A DNA stretch of 64,000 nt, taken from Deferribacterales bacterium (GTDB taxonomy: Bacteria; Chrysiogenota; Deferribacteres; Deferribacterales; Geovibrionaceae). Both the position numbers and the translations under genes were made by a program. The notes under the pieces were generated by a model that ran no database searches, had not been told where the DNA came from, and was given only the letters and a program-made list of their open reading frames with translations. The stretch spans positions 1-64,000 of the forward strand of contig JBFWLW010000001.1 of the NCBI GenBank assembly GCA_050251945.1, read 5' to 3'. Positions 46,454 to 56,441 of the stretch are shown here, one piece after another; the first letter of the stretch is position 1, and each line of letters starts with the position of its first letter.

Positions 46454-49279
46454 ATGCCGCCGGACATGAACAGGGAAAAAAACAGGTTTTCACGTTTGCG
46501 TCTGCCATACCGCGTTGTTATCATCGCAGCAGTCTTTCTGTCTGTGCTGATGTTCTCCTGTTCAAAAGAGGACAAACCCCAGCCGAAGCTCGACGAGACG
46601 ATAACAGATACGAAACCCATCGTTTCGCCTATCATAAGTTCAAATGAAAATATCACAAAAGGCAACGATTTCTTCCTTAAGGGGGAGTTCAATAACGCCA
46701 TCGAATTTTACAGCGAGGCGCTGGCACAGAACCGCTCCATCGCTTTTTATAACATGGGCGTCAGCTATTACCTGCTTGGCGACATAGACAAGGCGGAAGA
46801 CGCTTTCCGTCAGGCCGTTCAAGAGAATCCCAACTTTAAAGAAGCATACATGAACCTTGGCGTTGTCCTTATGCAGACCGGAAAGCTTGAAGAGGCGGAA
46901 AAGATCGTCCGCAGACTTCTCAAGGACAACAATGCCAGCACAGCGAAGATGCTTGTGAACATGGCGAACATTCACCTGAAACGAGGAGAAACAGCCCTTG
47001 CAGCCGAATATTTTCAGGAGGCAATGAAAAAAGGCGAACACTCCAAATATGTACAATCAAATTACGCATACTTTCTTATGACCATCGGCGAATATAAGGA
47101 CGGCATCTCAATTCTTGAAAACCTGCAATATAAAGACTACACGGACTATTATAACCTTGCCAGCGCTTACTATAACGAAGGAATGTACCAGCAGGGGCTT
47201 GCCAATGCGCTGAAAGCTATGGAGCTTTACCGTACGGAAGAGGCTGTTAATCTTGCCGCTTTGAACTATGCCGCGCTTGGCGACAATAAAAGCACTATAA
47301 CACTTCTTAAAGAACTGATAGAAAAGAACCCGCTTGAAGAATACAGGTTCAGACTCGCGAAAGCGCATTATCTGGACGGACAATATAAGGATGCAAACAA
47401 AGAGATAACGGCTCTTATCAACGAATTTCCTGACAAGACGGAATACTACAGGCTTAAATATGAAGTGCTTCTCGGCATGGGGGAGATAGCTGATGCGGGC
47501 AACCTCGCAACCGCTTCATATGAGCGGTTCAAAACTGACGATATGCTGTATATGGTTGTGAAACACCGGATAATCTATTACGAAGATATTTCGACTGTTG
47601 AACCGGAACTGCTTTCCGACAGGTCGTCGCCGTTTCTGAACCTTGCGCGCGTGGCTTATTATATCCATAAGGACAAGATGGTTCCAGCCAGACGGTTCAT
47701 AGAGAACGTTCCGCCGGAAACCGACAACGACTATTACGTTTATCAGGCTTACATAAACCTGAAATATAAAAAGTACGAAAACGTACTCACGTTCGCCAAA
47801 AGGATAAGCAAATCCCGCCCTGAATATTTCTGGTATCGCGCTGCGGTGTATTTCAACACAAATAACGTTGAGGGGCTTAAAGAGGCGGTGGCAGAGCAGA
47901 TGAAGCGGAGCGATGCCTTTTCACGCTCTACAAACGTTAAGTTTCACCTCATTCCGAGGATTGAGGATATAGATTTTTCGTACAGGTTTGACGGAAAATA
48001 CGAGCAAATGCTCTCTCTTATGCTCTATCCGCTCTTCATAGAACCTTCTGAAATGATGAATTTCGTTGCGATGGGTTATAAGCTGTTGCAGGATAATAAG
48101 AAACTAAGCGCACTGCGCGAGCTTGAGCGGTCTGTTGAGTTTTCAGAAGGGATAAAGATGAACAACGCCGGAGTGGCGGACATGTTTGCATACAGGTTCA
48201 AGGAAGCGTTCGAGAAATTCAATAAAGCGAACGACATGCTGAACAACAATCCATATACCCTTTACAACATGGGGCTTGCGAAGATGAACCTCGGTGAACC
48301 GGATCTTGCATCGAAATATTTCGATACCGCAGTGTTGCAGAACAACTATCATTTCCCCGCATATCTCGGTTTGGCGGCGACCATGCGGCTTTTGGCTAAG
48401 ACAACCACTCCCGCTGACTATTACAACATAGTACGCGATCGCGCCGTTCAATCGGTGGAATCGAAAAGGAATCTGCCGGAACCGATACTTTATACTTCAT
48501 TTCTGGCGGATACCGGACTCGGAATGTACAAAAAGGTCAAATCAGACCTTGAACCTTATAAGAATAAAAACACATATTTCAGCAATATATACGCTATCGC
48601 CGACTATATGTCCGGAAGCGGGCATAAGGCTCTTGCGCCCTTGAACAACAGACGCAGTATCTACAGAGGACGTGTCCTCTGGGATCTGACTGCAACTGAG
48701 GAGGGGCTCAGCAAATCTGTGGATATGGGGCTTATTAACGACAGGGCATATAAGTTCATGAAGTCATATGCACTTTTGAAACATGGCAAAAAACCTGCCG
48801 CATTCAACTTCGCTGAATATAAGGACGATAAAGCGGCGCTTAAAGAGATGGTTTACTACAGCATAATTCTGAAAGATAAAGCAACCGCCCTGCGGTACCT
48901 GCAGCAGATGAGCGCCATAGATATCAGATATAAAGAGCTTTATAAGGCTTCACTGTACTATTTCCTCTGGATTGAAGACTTTGTGAACGCCGAAGCGTCT
49001 TATACGTCTCTTGCGAACCTGCGCGCGTCAGACAGATATACGGATTACTATAAACTGCTGTATTTCGTTCTGAACTACAACGGCAGAAGGCTGATGGACA
49101 ACGTGTCGGAATATATGAAAAACTATCCGCAAGAGATGACCGGAAAAGAGGTGCGTATGGTTTATGCGCTTCGCAGTGAAAATTTTGAAATGACACTTAA
49201 CACAATCAATGATATAGAAAAGCAGAAGAAAAACTTCCTGAGCGATTTGCCATTGGAGATAAGCATTGACGGTCTATAA
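46454..49279 (+). CDS. Large TPR-repeat protein, probable lipoprotein
   Basis: LMFSC lipobox; repeated AFYNMG/AYMNLG/TLYNMG TPR motifs. Confidence 0.85.
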   Translation: MPPDMNREKNRFSRLRLPYRVVIIAAVFLSVLMFSCSKEDKPQPKLDETITDTKPIVSPIISSNENITKGNDFFLKGEFNNAIEFYSEALAQNRSIAFYNMGVSYYLLGDIDKAEDAFRQAVQENPNFKEAYMNLGVVLMQTGKLEEAEKIVRRLLKDNNASTAKMLVNMANIHLKRGETALAAEYFQEAMKKGEHSKYVQSNYAYFLMTIGEYKDGISILENLQYKDYTDYYNLASAYYNEGMYQQGLANALKAMELYRTEEAVNLAALNYAALGDNKSTITLLKELIEKNPLEEYRFRLAKAHYLDGQYKDANKEITALINEFPDKTEYYRLKYEVLLGMGEIADAGNLATASYERFKTDDMLYMVVKHRIIYYEDISTVEPELLSDRSSPFLNLARVAYYIHKDKMVPARRFIENVPPETDNDYYVYQAYINLKYKKYENVLTFAKRISKSRPEYFWYRAAVYFNTNNVEGLKEAVAEQMKRSDAFSRSTNVKFHLIPRIEDIDFSYRFDGKYEQMLSLMLYPLFIEPSEMMNFVAMGYKLLQDNKKLSALRELERSVEFSEGIKMNNAGVADMFAYRFKEAFEKFNKANDMLNNNPYTLYNMGLAKMNLGEPDLASKYFDTAVLQNNYHFPAYLGLAATMRLLAKTTTPADYYNIVRDRAVQSVESKRNLPEPILYTSFLADTGLGMYKKVKSDLEPYKNKNTYFSNIYAIADYMSGSGHKALAPLNNRRSIYRGRVLWDLTATEEGLSKSVDMGLINDRAYKFMKSYALLKHGKKPAAFNFAEYKDDKAALKEMVYYSIILKDKATALRYLQQMSAIDIRYKELYKASLYYFLWIEDFVNAEASYTSLANLRASDRYTDYYKLLYFVLNYNGRRLMDNVSEYMKNYPQEMTGKEVRMVYALRSENFEMTLNTINDIEKQKKNFLSDLPLEISIDGL

Positions 49280-49781
49280 GATTAGCAGAAAACTTCTTTA
49301 CGGAATGATAGTCCTTTTTGTTTCGTCCCTGTTCTTTTCGTTCTCATTCATTATAAGAGAAGATTCCGGCGGTTCTGCCGCGGTATGTGCCATTCTGACC
49401 GTTTTTCTGCTTTACACCCTGACCAGTATGCTGATTAGCCGCGTAAGTGTGGAAAACGGCGAGGTGAGTCTTAGAAACCTGATGGGCAGCAAGAGCATAA
49501 AGCTGTCCGAACTGGAGGAGATAGGCATTGTCAATCTGCGCTGGCGGGTGATACTCATACTGTCCGACCCTCATAAGTTTGTATTCATATCATCCTTATA
49601 CGGGGATTTTGAAGAGTTTGTGAATATGCTCCGCGCAAGCGTTCCTGAGGGTGTTAAACCCTCGCTGGACAAGATAACTCATAAGCTGATAAGACGTAAG
49701 AAGATATTTTTGTTTTTGCTGATGGCGGCGGGTTCTCTGTTCTTTATCTTGTCAGGATTCTACAATCTCCTGTACCGCTGA
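49266..49781 (+). CDS. Hypothetical membrane protein (3 TM with a small soluble domain)
   Basis: Overlaps the TPR gene end; GGAG SD before TTG; hydrophobic segments. Confidence 0.7.
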   Translation: MTVYKISRKLLYGMIVLFVSSLFFSFSFIIREDSGGSAAVCAILTVFLLYTLTSMLISRVSVENGEVSLRNLMGSKSIKLSELEEIGIVNLRWRVILILSDPHKFVFISSLYGDFEEFVNMLRASVPEGVKPSLDKITHKLIRRKKIFLFLLMAAGSLFFILSGFYNLLYR

Positions 49782-50573
49782 GTAGGCGTCGTTGCGCTTG
49801 TAACCGAGCGCTTTCAGAATATTCACCGTATCCTTTGAGCTGTAGCCCGCTTTGATGAGCTTTTTCGCGGTTTCTCCGCAGTCTGTGGGCGATTCATGTG
49901 TTTCTTTTTTTCTGTTATTCACGGCAACAACAAATTCGCCTTTCCTGACTATCTGTTCAATGTCCTCTTCGCTGTTTATGAAATATGAGGATTCGTATAT
50001 TTTGGTTATTTCACGCGCACAGAATATCGGAGCAGGAAATACTTCAAGAAGCGTTTTAAGCGTGTCTTCAATCCTGTGCGGAGATTCATAAAAAGCGATT
50101 ACAGTGTTGTATATTGTCAGAGATTCCGCCGTTTTAAGGCGATCGGTGGGCTTGTGGGGTAAGAATCCGTGAAAATAGAAGTCGGATATGTCAAAACCTG
50201 ACATCATGAGCGCAGGGACGAATGCCGTTGCTCCGGGCAGAGCCTGAAATTTTACGCTTTCACGCACAAGAACAGACGTGAGCGTATTTCCGGGGTCGCT
50301 GATGCAGGGGGTTCCGGCTTCCGATATGACGCAGATTGTCTTTCCGCCGCTGACAGTGTTCAGCACCTTTGCGGATGCCTGAACTTCGTTATCCTTGTGA
50401 TAGGATTCCACAGGTTTTTTTATATCCAGTGCGTTCAGAAGCGACTTTGCCGTACGGGTGTCCTCCGCGAATACGACGTCGCAGTCTCTTAATGCTTCCA
50501 GACTGCGCAGAGTGATATCCCCCAGATTGCCTATCGGCGTGGGAACGAACGTAACGGGGGGCAGTGTACTCAA
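49752..50573 (-). CDS. rsmI: 16S rRNA C1402 2'-O-methyltransferase
   Basis: TPIGNLGDIT, AEDTR, SEAGTPCISDPG, FYESPHR, REITK. Confidence 0.95.
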   Translation of the reverse strand: MSTLPPVTFVPTPIGNLGDITLRSLEALRDCDVVFAEDTRTAKSLLNALDIKKPVESYHKDNEVQASAKVLNTVSGGKTICVISEAGTPCISDPGNTLTSVLVRESVKFQALPGATAFVPALMMSGFDISDFYFHGFLPHKPTDRLKTAESLTIYNTVIAFYESPHRIEDTLKTLLEVFPAPIFCAREITKIYESSYFINSEEDIEQIVRKGEFVVAVNNRKKETHESPTDCGETAKKLIKAGYSSKDTVNILKALGYKRNDAYSAVQEIVES

Positions 50574-50574
50574 T

Positions 50575-51540
50575 TTATGCCTTCACAAAAGTTTCGTTTA
50601 TGTATTTCTCAGCATTTTTGGCGGCGACAGTGCCGTCGGAAACAGCCGTTGTTATCTGTCTGATCTCTTTTGCGCGTACGTCGCCCGCTACAAAAATACC
50701 TGGAACGGAAGTTTTTGTGGATTCGTCAGCTACTATGAATCCCCATTCATCGGTTTTTACAAGGTCTTTAACAAGTTCTGTCTTTGCTGTGTGTCCGATG
50801 AAAACGAACAGACCGTCAACGACAAGTTCACTTTTTTCGCCTGTCTTGAGGTTATTAAGTGTCAGTCCTGTTACCTTTGTTTCGCCGTTAACGGAATCAA
50901 CCACAGTATCTGTGATGAATTCCATTTTGGGATTTGCGTGGGCGCGTTCCATCGCAAGGTTTGATGCGCGGAATGTATCGCGTCTGTGGATAACATAAAC
51001 TTTTGAAGCGAAACGGGTAAGGTACTCTCCCTCTTCGATGGCGGAATCGCCGCCGCCGACGCTTGCAACCACACGGTCTTTATAGAAAGAGCCGTCGCAG
51101 GTTGCACAGAAGGAAACGCCTCTGCCGTAAAATCTGCTTTCGCCGGGTACGTCCAGTCTTTTGGGTTCGCAGCCGAAGCCTATGATTACTGCTTTTGCTT
51201 TAACCGGTTTTGCACGGTTTTCGATGTGTATTATTTTATAATCACCGTCAAGCTCTATCTTCGTGCAGTTGCCGTTGCGTACGAGTGAGCCGAACTTAAC
51301 CGCGTGGTTGTAAAATTTTTCAGACAGGTCTGCACCCATGATGCCGTCGAAGAAACCGGGGAAGTTTTCCACCCATTCTGTTATGGCAACGTAGCCGCCG
51401 GGAAATTGTTTTTCAAGTATCAGCACTTTCAGTTTATCTCTGGATGCGTACATTCCTGCAGTCAGACCTGCGGGACCGGCTCCGAGAATTACGAGATCGT
51501 ACTCGTCCTGTATGTCCTGTACGTTAAAAAAATCGTGCAT
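50575..51540 (-). CDS. trxB: Thioredoxin-disulfide reductase
   Basis: GAGPAG, GVSFCATCDG, GGGDSA, HRRD, TSVPGIFVAGD. Confidence 0.96.
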   Translation of the reverse strand: MHDFFNVQDIQDEYDLVILGAGPAGLTAGMYASRDKLKVLILEKQFPGGYVAITEWVENFPGFFDGIMGADLSEKFYNHAVKFGSLVRNGNCTKIELDGDYKIIHIENRAKPVKAKAVIIGFGCEPKRLDVPGESRFYGRGVSFCATCDGSFYKDRVVASVGGGDSAIEEGEYLTRFASKVYVIHRRDTFRASNLAMERAHANPKMEFITDTVVDSVNGETKVTGLTLNNLKTGEKSELVVDGLFVFIGHTAKTELVKDLVKTDEWGFIVADESTKTSVPGIFVAGDVRAKEIRQITTAVSDGTVAAKNAEKYINETFVKA

Positions 51541-52091
51541 TACTGACTCCTGTCTAAAATGCCGTCAACAAGTTCCACCGAAGGAACCTTGGCAGTATAA
51601 ATAATTTGTTTATTTGCATCAATAAGAAAGAAATGAGGCCAGATCGAAAGCCCATACTCTGTCTGTGCTTGTTTATTATTGCTTGAATACACATTATTTT
51701 CAAGGATTTTATACCTTGAATCGGATAATTTTTCTCGTATGATATCTTTTTGTTTGCCGCTATCTGTTATGATGATAAGCTTTGCTTTGTTTATTTTGTC
51801 TATGCTCTTGAGATAAGGCATATTTCTCAGATAAAGGTGAGTGTACATTCCGCCTGAGAGGAAGGTGTTAGTATTAAAAAACACCAGCATAACGGGTTCT
51901 TTAATGTCGTAAAGATTGAATTTTTCACCGCTCATTGTCTCAAATGCAAGATCGGGAGCCTTAGCACCTATTTTAAGAGCGTTCGGGTTTGCCCTATAGT
52001 GAAAAAGCATAAAAAAACTTATGCCCACGGCTACGAATACCAGTGTGCTTTTTCTGCTTACCAGTCTGCGCAGTTTTTCACAGCATCTCAT
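51540..52091 (-). CDS. Membrane-anchored redoxin/TlpA-like thioredoxin-fold protein lacking CxxC
   Basis: TM anchor, IGAKAPDLAF..MSG....L, MLVFF, YGLSIWPHFFLID; no CxxC after the first strand. Confidence 0.65.
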   Translation of the reverse strand: MRCCEKLRRLVSRKSTLVFVAVGISFFMLFHYRANPNALKIGAKAPDLAFETMSGEKFNLYDIKEPVMLVFFNTNTFLSGGMYTHLYLRNMPYLKSIDKINKAKLIIITDSGKQKDIIREKLSDSRYKILENNVYSSNNKQAQTEYGLSIWPHFFLIDANKQIIYTAKVPSVELVDGILDRSQ

Positions 52092-52912
52092 TTGTGTATT
52101 TTAAGGCTCATGTCTACGCTGACCGCCTGATGGGTGAGCGCTCCGACAGATATGTAGTCTATATCAAGATAACGGAATTCTTTAAGGCGTTCTTTCTTTA
52201 TACCGCCTGAAAGTTCTATTTTGGAGCGTTTGGCTATAACTTCTATTGCCGACTGCATATCCTCCAGTCTGAAGTTGTCCAGCATGATGATATCTGCGCC
52301 CGCTTCCGCCGCCTCTTTCGCTTCGGCAAGATTGCGGACTTCAACTTCTATTTTGACTGTGCTGGGGATACTTTTCTGAACCAGACGTACAGCCGCCGTT
52401 ATGCCGCCTGCCGCGTCAACGTGGTTGTCTTTCAGCATAACTCCGTCGAAAAGACCCATGCGGTGGTTGTTTCCTCCGCCTATGAGTACAGCGTATTTTT
52501 CCATTACCCGCCAGCCGGGGGTGGTCTTTCTGGTGTCGAGAATCTTTATGCCGGTTCCTTCAAGCTCTTTAACGTATGCGGCTGTGTTTGTCGCGATGCC
52601 GGAGAGTCTCTGAAGAAAATTGAGAGACGTTCTTTCTCCTGAAAGTATGGAGTAAACAGGACCTGTAACCTCGCCGAATATTTCGCCTTTTTTTATGAAA
52701 TCGCCGTCGTTCTTAAAGAAAACGGTGTCTATTCCAGCGTTAAGTTCATTGAAGACTATGCGGGCGGTCTTTGTTCCGCAGAGGATGAAATCCTCTTTGG
52801 CAAGATATCCGAAGACGCTCAGCTTTTCATAATCGCGGAACGCTTTCGCTGTCAAATCGCCTGTGCCTATGTCCTCTTCAAGGGCGAGCCTTACAAGTTT
52901 TTCTCTCAGCAT
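52088..52912 (-). CDS. nadC: Quinolinate phosphoribosyltransferase
   Basis: EDIGTGDLT, DTRKTTPG, HRMGL.D, KDNH, EVEV, MLDN, ISVGALTH. Confidence 0.96.
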   Translation of the reverse strand: MLREKLVRLALEEDIGTGDLTAKAFRDYEKLSVFGYLAKEDFILCGTKTARIVFNELNAGIDTVFFKNDGDFIKKGEIFGEVTGPVYSILSGERTSLNFLQRLSGIATNTAAYVKELEGTGIKILDTRKTTPGWRVMEKYAVLIGGGNNHRMGLFDGVMLKDNHVDAAGGITAAVRLVQKSIPSTVKIEVEVRNLAEAKEAAEAGADIIMLDNFRLEDMQSAIEVIAKRSKIELSGGIKKERLKEFRYLDIDYISVGALTHQAVSVDMSLKIHK

Positions 52913-55521
52913 TGTTCTCTCAGCCTCTCTATGGTTTCTTTAACCTTGGTCATTTTATCATCTATTTCGGCAAATTTCTCTTTATCCTTCTCAATAACTT
53001 CGGGTCGGGCGTTTTTGAGATAGTTTTCATTTTTGAGTTTGCCGCCGTAGATGTTCGCATCTTTTTCGAGTTTAGCCAGTTCTTTTTCCAGCTTTGAAAC
53101 CTCCGCCGCAAAGTCCACAAGCCCTTCAAGGGAAACGTAAACCTCGAAAGAGGGTGCGATGTTCTGCGAAGCCTTTTCAACTGCCGTGTCGGTCATTTCC
53201 AGCGTTTCCAGTTTCGCAAGGTTCATCACCATATCTTTATACTTGGTGAAAGCGGTTCTGGTAAGCTCTTTATCTGTTTTGACATATGCTTTGAGCTGTT
53301 TTGACATGGAGACGTTATATTCGCCGCGGATGTTGCGGATAAGCCCGATAAGCCCGATTATTTCTTCCATCTCCTTCATCTCTTCTTCGTATGCGAAGCC
53401 GAATTTTTCCCATTCGGCAAGCATAACCGATTCCTTTTCAGTGACAAGTTTATAGATATATTCTGTCACGAAAGGCATGAAGGGGTGCATAAGCACCAGT
53501 GATTTTTCGATAACATATGCCGCAACTGCGTACGCGTCGTCTTTTTTGGTTTCGTCGTAAATTCTGGGTTTGATAAGCTCTATGTACCAGTCGCAGAATT
53601 TGTGCCAGAAGAAGTGGTAAACGGCGAGCGCCGCCTCGTTGAAGTCGTAGTTTACAACCGCTTTGGATACTTTTTCCTCGGTTTCTTTCAGATTTTGCAG
53701 TATCCACTTGTCCTCAAGGGAGAGTTTTGTGTCCGCAGTGAATTTCTGACCCTCGTAACCTGTGAGTATGAAGCGCGAAGCGTTCCATATCTTGTTAACG
53801 AAGTTGCGGTAACCGTCGATGCGTGCCTCATCCAGTTTTATGTCCCTTCCCTGTGCGGCGAAGGCGGCGAGGGTGAAGCGGAATGCGTCGGCGCCGTATT
53901 TGTCTATCATTGTGAGGGGGTCGATAACGTTCCCCTTGGATTTGCTCATTTTCTGTCCGTCTTTATCACGGATAAGTGCGTGGAGGTAAACCTCTTTGAA
54001 AGGCTCTTTATCCATGAATTTCAGACCGAACATCATCATTCGGGCAACCCAGAAGAACAGGATGTCAAAGCCCGTGATGAGTGTGGACGTGGGATAGAAT
54101 TTTTTAAGCGTATCGGTGTTTTCCGGCCAGCCCTGTGTGGAGAAAGGCCAGAGACCGGAGGAAAACCATGTGTCGAGAACGTCCGTTTCCTGCTCAAGGT
54201 GCGTGCTTCCACAGCGTGAGCATTTTTCGGGGGTCTCCTCTTCGACCATTATCTCACCGCATTTGCAGTACCATGCCGGGATACGGTGTCCCCACCATAT
54301 CTGTCTGGATATGCACCAGTCGCGGATGTCGTTCATCCAGTTGTAGAAAGTTTTATTCCATGTTTCAGGTTTTATAACTATTTGTCCGTTTTGAACCGCT
54401 TTAACGGCTTCGTCGGACATCCCTTTGATTTTCAGGAACCATTGAAGGCTGATTCTGGGCTCGATAACGGTTTTACATCTGTAGCAGTGACCGACCTTGT
54501 GCTGGTGAGCCTTTTTCGCAACGAAAAGCCCCTGTTCCGCAAGTTTCACAACAACTGCCTTTCGCGCCTCGAATCTGTCCATGCCTTTGAACCCGCCGCC
54601 GTTCTCGTTGATAACGGCGTTTTCGTCCATAACGCTGATGTTTTCCAGTTTGTGTTTCATTCCGAGCAAAAAGTCGTTGGGATCGTGCGCAGGGGTAACC
54701 TTAAGGCATCCCGTGCCGAACTCCATATCGACGTATTCATCGCCGATTATGGGTATCTCGCGGTTTACCAGAGGCAGGATAACCGTTTTGCCTATAAGGT
54801 GTTTATATCTGTCGTCGTTGGGGTTGACAGCAACCGCTGTGTCGCCGAGCATTGTTTCGGGACGGGTTGTGGCTACCTCAAGTTTAATGTCAGTACCTTT
54901 AACGGGGTAATAGATATGATAGAATGCGCCCTCTATCTCTTCGTGTTCGACCTCAAGGTCGGAAAGCGCGGTGTGGCACCTGGGGCACCAGTTTACTATA
55001 TAGTCCGAACGGTATATAAGCCCTTCTTTGTATAGTGTTACAAATACCTTGCGTACTGCTTTGCTTAAGCCTTCGTCCATGGTGAACCTTTCTCTATCCC
55101 AGTCGCAAGCGCAGCCGAGGCGTTTGAGCTGATTGATGATGGTGCCGCCGGACTGTGCTTTCCATTCCCAGACGCGTTCGATGAATTTTTCACGTCCGAG
55201 AGCGTGTCTGTCCGTGCCTTCAGACGCGAGCAGGCGCTCCACAACGTTCTGGGTTGCGATACCCGCGTGGTCGGTGCCGGGCATCCACATGGTTTCGTAT
55301 CCGTTCAGCTTGTGAAAGCGGATCATGATATCCTGTAAGGTATTGTTAAGAGCGTGTCCCATGTGCAGAGAGCCTGTTACATTGGGGGGCGGGATGACTA
55401 TGGAATATGGCGGCTTTTCGCTGTGTTCGTCAGCGTGAAAGTACTTTTTATCTGTCCATTCCTTATATAGTTCCGCCTCAAATTCCGATGGGTCGATTCG
55501 CGTGGGGTATTCTTTCTGCAT
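52906..55521 (-). CDS. valS: Valine--tRNA ligase
   Basis: PPPNVTGSLHMGH, DWCISRQIWWGH, KMSKS, C-terminal coiled coil. Confidence 0.98.
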   Translation of the reverse strand: MQKEYPTRIDPSEFEAELYKEWTDKKYFHADEHSEKPPYSIVIPPPNVTGSLHMGHALNNTLQDIMIRFHKLNGYETMWMPGTDHAGIATQNVVERLLASEGTDRHALGREKFIERVWEWKAQSGGTIINQLKRLGCACDWDRERFTMDEGLSKAVRKVFVTLYKEGLIYRSDYIVNWCPRCHTALSDLEVEHEEIEGAFYHIYYPVKGTDIKLEVATTRPETMLGDTAVAVNPNDDRYKHLIGKTVILPLVNREIPIIGDEYVDMEFGTGCLKVTPAHDPNDFLLGMKHKLENISVMDENAVINENGGGFKGMDRFEARKAVVVKLAEQGLFVAKKAHQHKVGHCYRCKTVIEPRISLQWFLKIKGMSDEAVKAVQNGQIVIKPETWNKTFYNWMNDIRDWCISRQIWWGHRIPAWYCKCGEIMVEEETPEKCSRCGSTHLEQETDVLDTWFSSGLWPFSTQGWPENTDTLKKFYPTSTLITGFDILFFWVARMMMFGLKFMDKEPFKEVYLHALIRDKDGQKMSKSKGNVIDPLTMIDKYGADAFRFTLAAFAAQGRDIKLDEARIDGYRNFVNKIWNASRFILTGYEGQKFTADTKLSLEDKWILQNLKETEEKVSKAVVNYDFNEAALAVYHFFWHKFCDWYIELIKPRIYDETKKDDAYAVAAYVIEKSLVLMHPFMPFVTEYIYKLVTEKESVMLAEWEKFGFAYEEEMKEMEEIIGLIGLIRNIRGEYNVSMSKQLKAYVKTDKELTRTAFTKYKDMVMNLAKLETLEMTDTAVEKASQNIAPSFEVYVSLEGLVDFAAEVSKLEKELAKLEKDANIYGGKLKNENYLKNARPEVIEKDKEKFAEIDDKMTKVKETIERLREQC

Positions 55522-55541
55522 CAGGGGTTGTCTCCGTATAT

Positions 55542-55814
55542 TTATGAAAGTCTGGATTTGTTGTCTGCCGTGCCCATAGCCGAGTTTACCTTTTCGTTGA
55601 GGTCGAGGAGGTATTTCTCCAGTGTCAGAAGCCTGAGCCGCTGATTCTTTTTCTCATGCTCGGTTATGCCTATTTCCGCAAGTTTATTGTATGTATCCTC
55701 TATCTCCTGAAGGATGAGGTTAAGATCCTCAAGTCCGTTTTTGAGAATGACGATACGCTGCATCTCATCATCCGAAAGCTGGCTGAAAAGATCAGTTGCG
55801 GAATTTTTTTTCAT
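55542..55814 (-). CDS. Hypothetical small helical protein
   Basis: In-operon ORF with GGAG SD; heptad pattern. Confidence 0.7.
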   Translation of the reverse strand: MKKNSATDLFSQLSDDEMQRIVILKNGLEDLNLILQEIEDTYNKLAEIGITEHEKKNQRLRLLTLEKYLLDLNEKVNSAMGTADNKSRLS

Positions 55815-56022
55815 TCACATCTCCGTCGGCGTATATGTCAGTGTCGATATCATCAATTTCGTATTCAAGTTCTCCCTCGGGGATTATCTTGTCAAAAACT
55901 TCAGTACAGAACTGGCATTCGTAATGGTGTATCACCCAGAGTGAGCTGTCCACCATTATTTCCGTGGGTTCAAGCTCTTCGAGCCTTTTCTCTCCGCAAT
56001 AGGGGCATATTTGTGGTTTCAT
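55792..56022 (-). CDS. Hypothetical small Zn-ribbon protein with acidic tail
   Basis: CPYC...CQFC; ATGA overlap with the tsaE stop. Confidence 0.7.
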   Translation of the reverse strand: MKPQICPYCGEKRLEELEPTEIMVDSSLWVIHHYECQFCTEVFDKIIPEGELEYEIDDIDTDIYADGDVNEKKFRN

Positions 56023-56441
56023 AAGCAATCTGTCACCGCCGTAATTTGTCTTTTGTTTGTGTCTAACACAGTTATATTGATTTCGATATAATTTTCAAGC
56101 TCATCATGCAGATTAAATTTTTCCGCCCACTCGACAAAGCAGGTGTCGCCGCTTTCAACTATGCCCCAGAAGTCGATATTCTCAAGCTCGTCGAAGCTGT
56201 TCAGCCTGTAAAGGTCGAAATGGCGGATGGTTATGTCGCCGTCGTACTGCTGGTGCAGGGTAAACGTTGGGCTGGAAGCCTGTGTGCAGTGAAAATGTTC
56301 CGCTATGCACTTTACAAAGAAGGTTTTTCCCGCGCCTAATTTTCCGTTGAGAAGCACCACTCTGCCTTTAAGAAGCTCCGCCGCCTCTTCGGCAAATTTT
56401 CTGGTGTCTTCCTCGTTTTCAAGAATTCTGTTCCAGTTCAT
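56019..56441 (-). CDS. tsaE: t6A biosynthesis ATPase TsaE
   Basis: GKLGAGKT, SPTFTL, HFDLYRL, VEW. Confidence 0.95.
   Translation of the reverse strand: MNWNRILENEEDTRKFAEEAAELLKGRVVLLNGKLGAGKTFFVKCIAEHFHCTQASSPTFTLHQQYDGDITIRHFDLYRLNSFDELENIDFWGIVESGDTCFVEWAEKFNLHDELENYIEINITVLDTNKRQITAVTDCL

Noticed and set aside
50575..52091. Selenocysteine recoding in the redox genes
   Set aside because: No in-frame TGA at catalytic positions; trxB has intact CATC.
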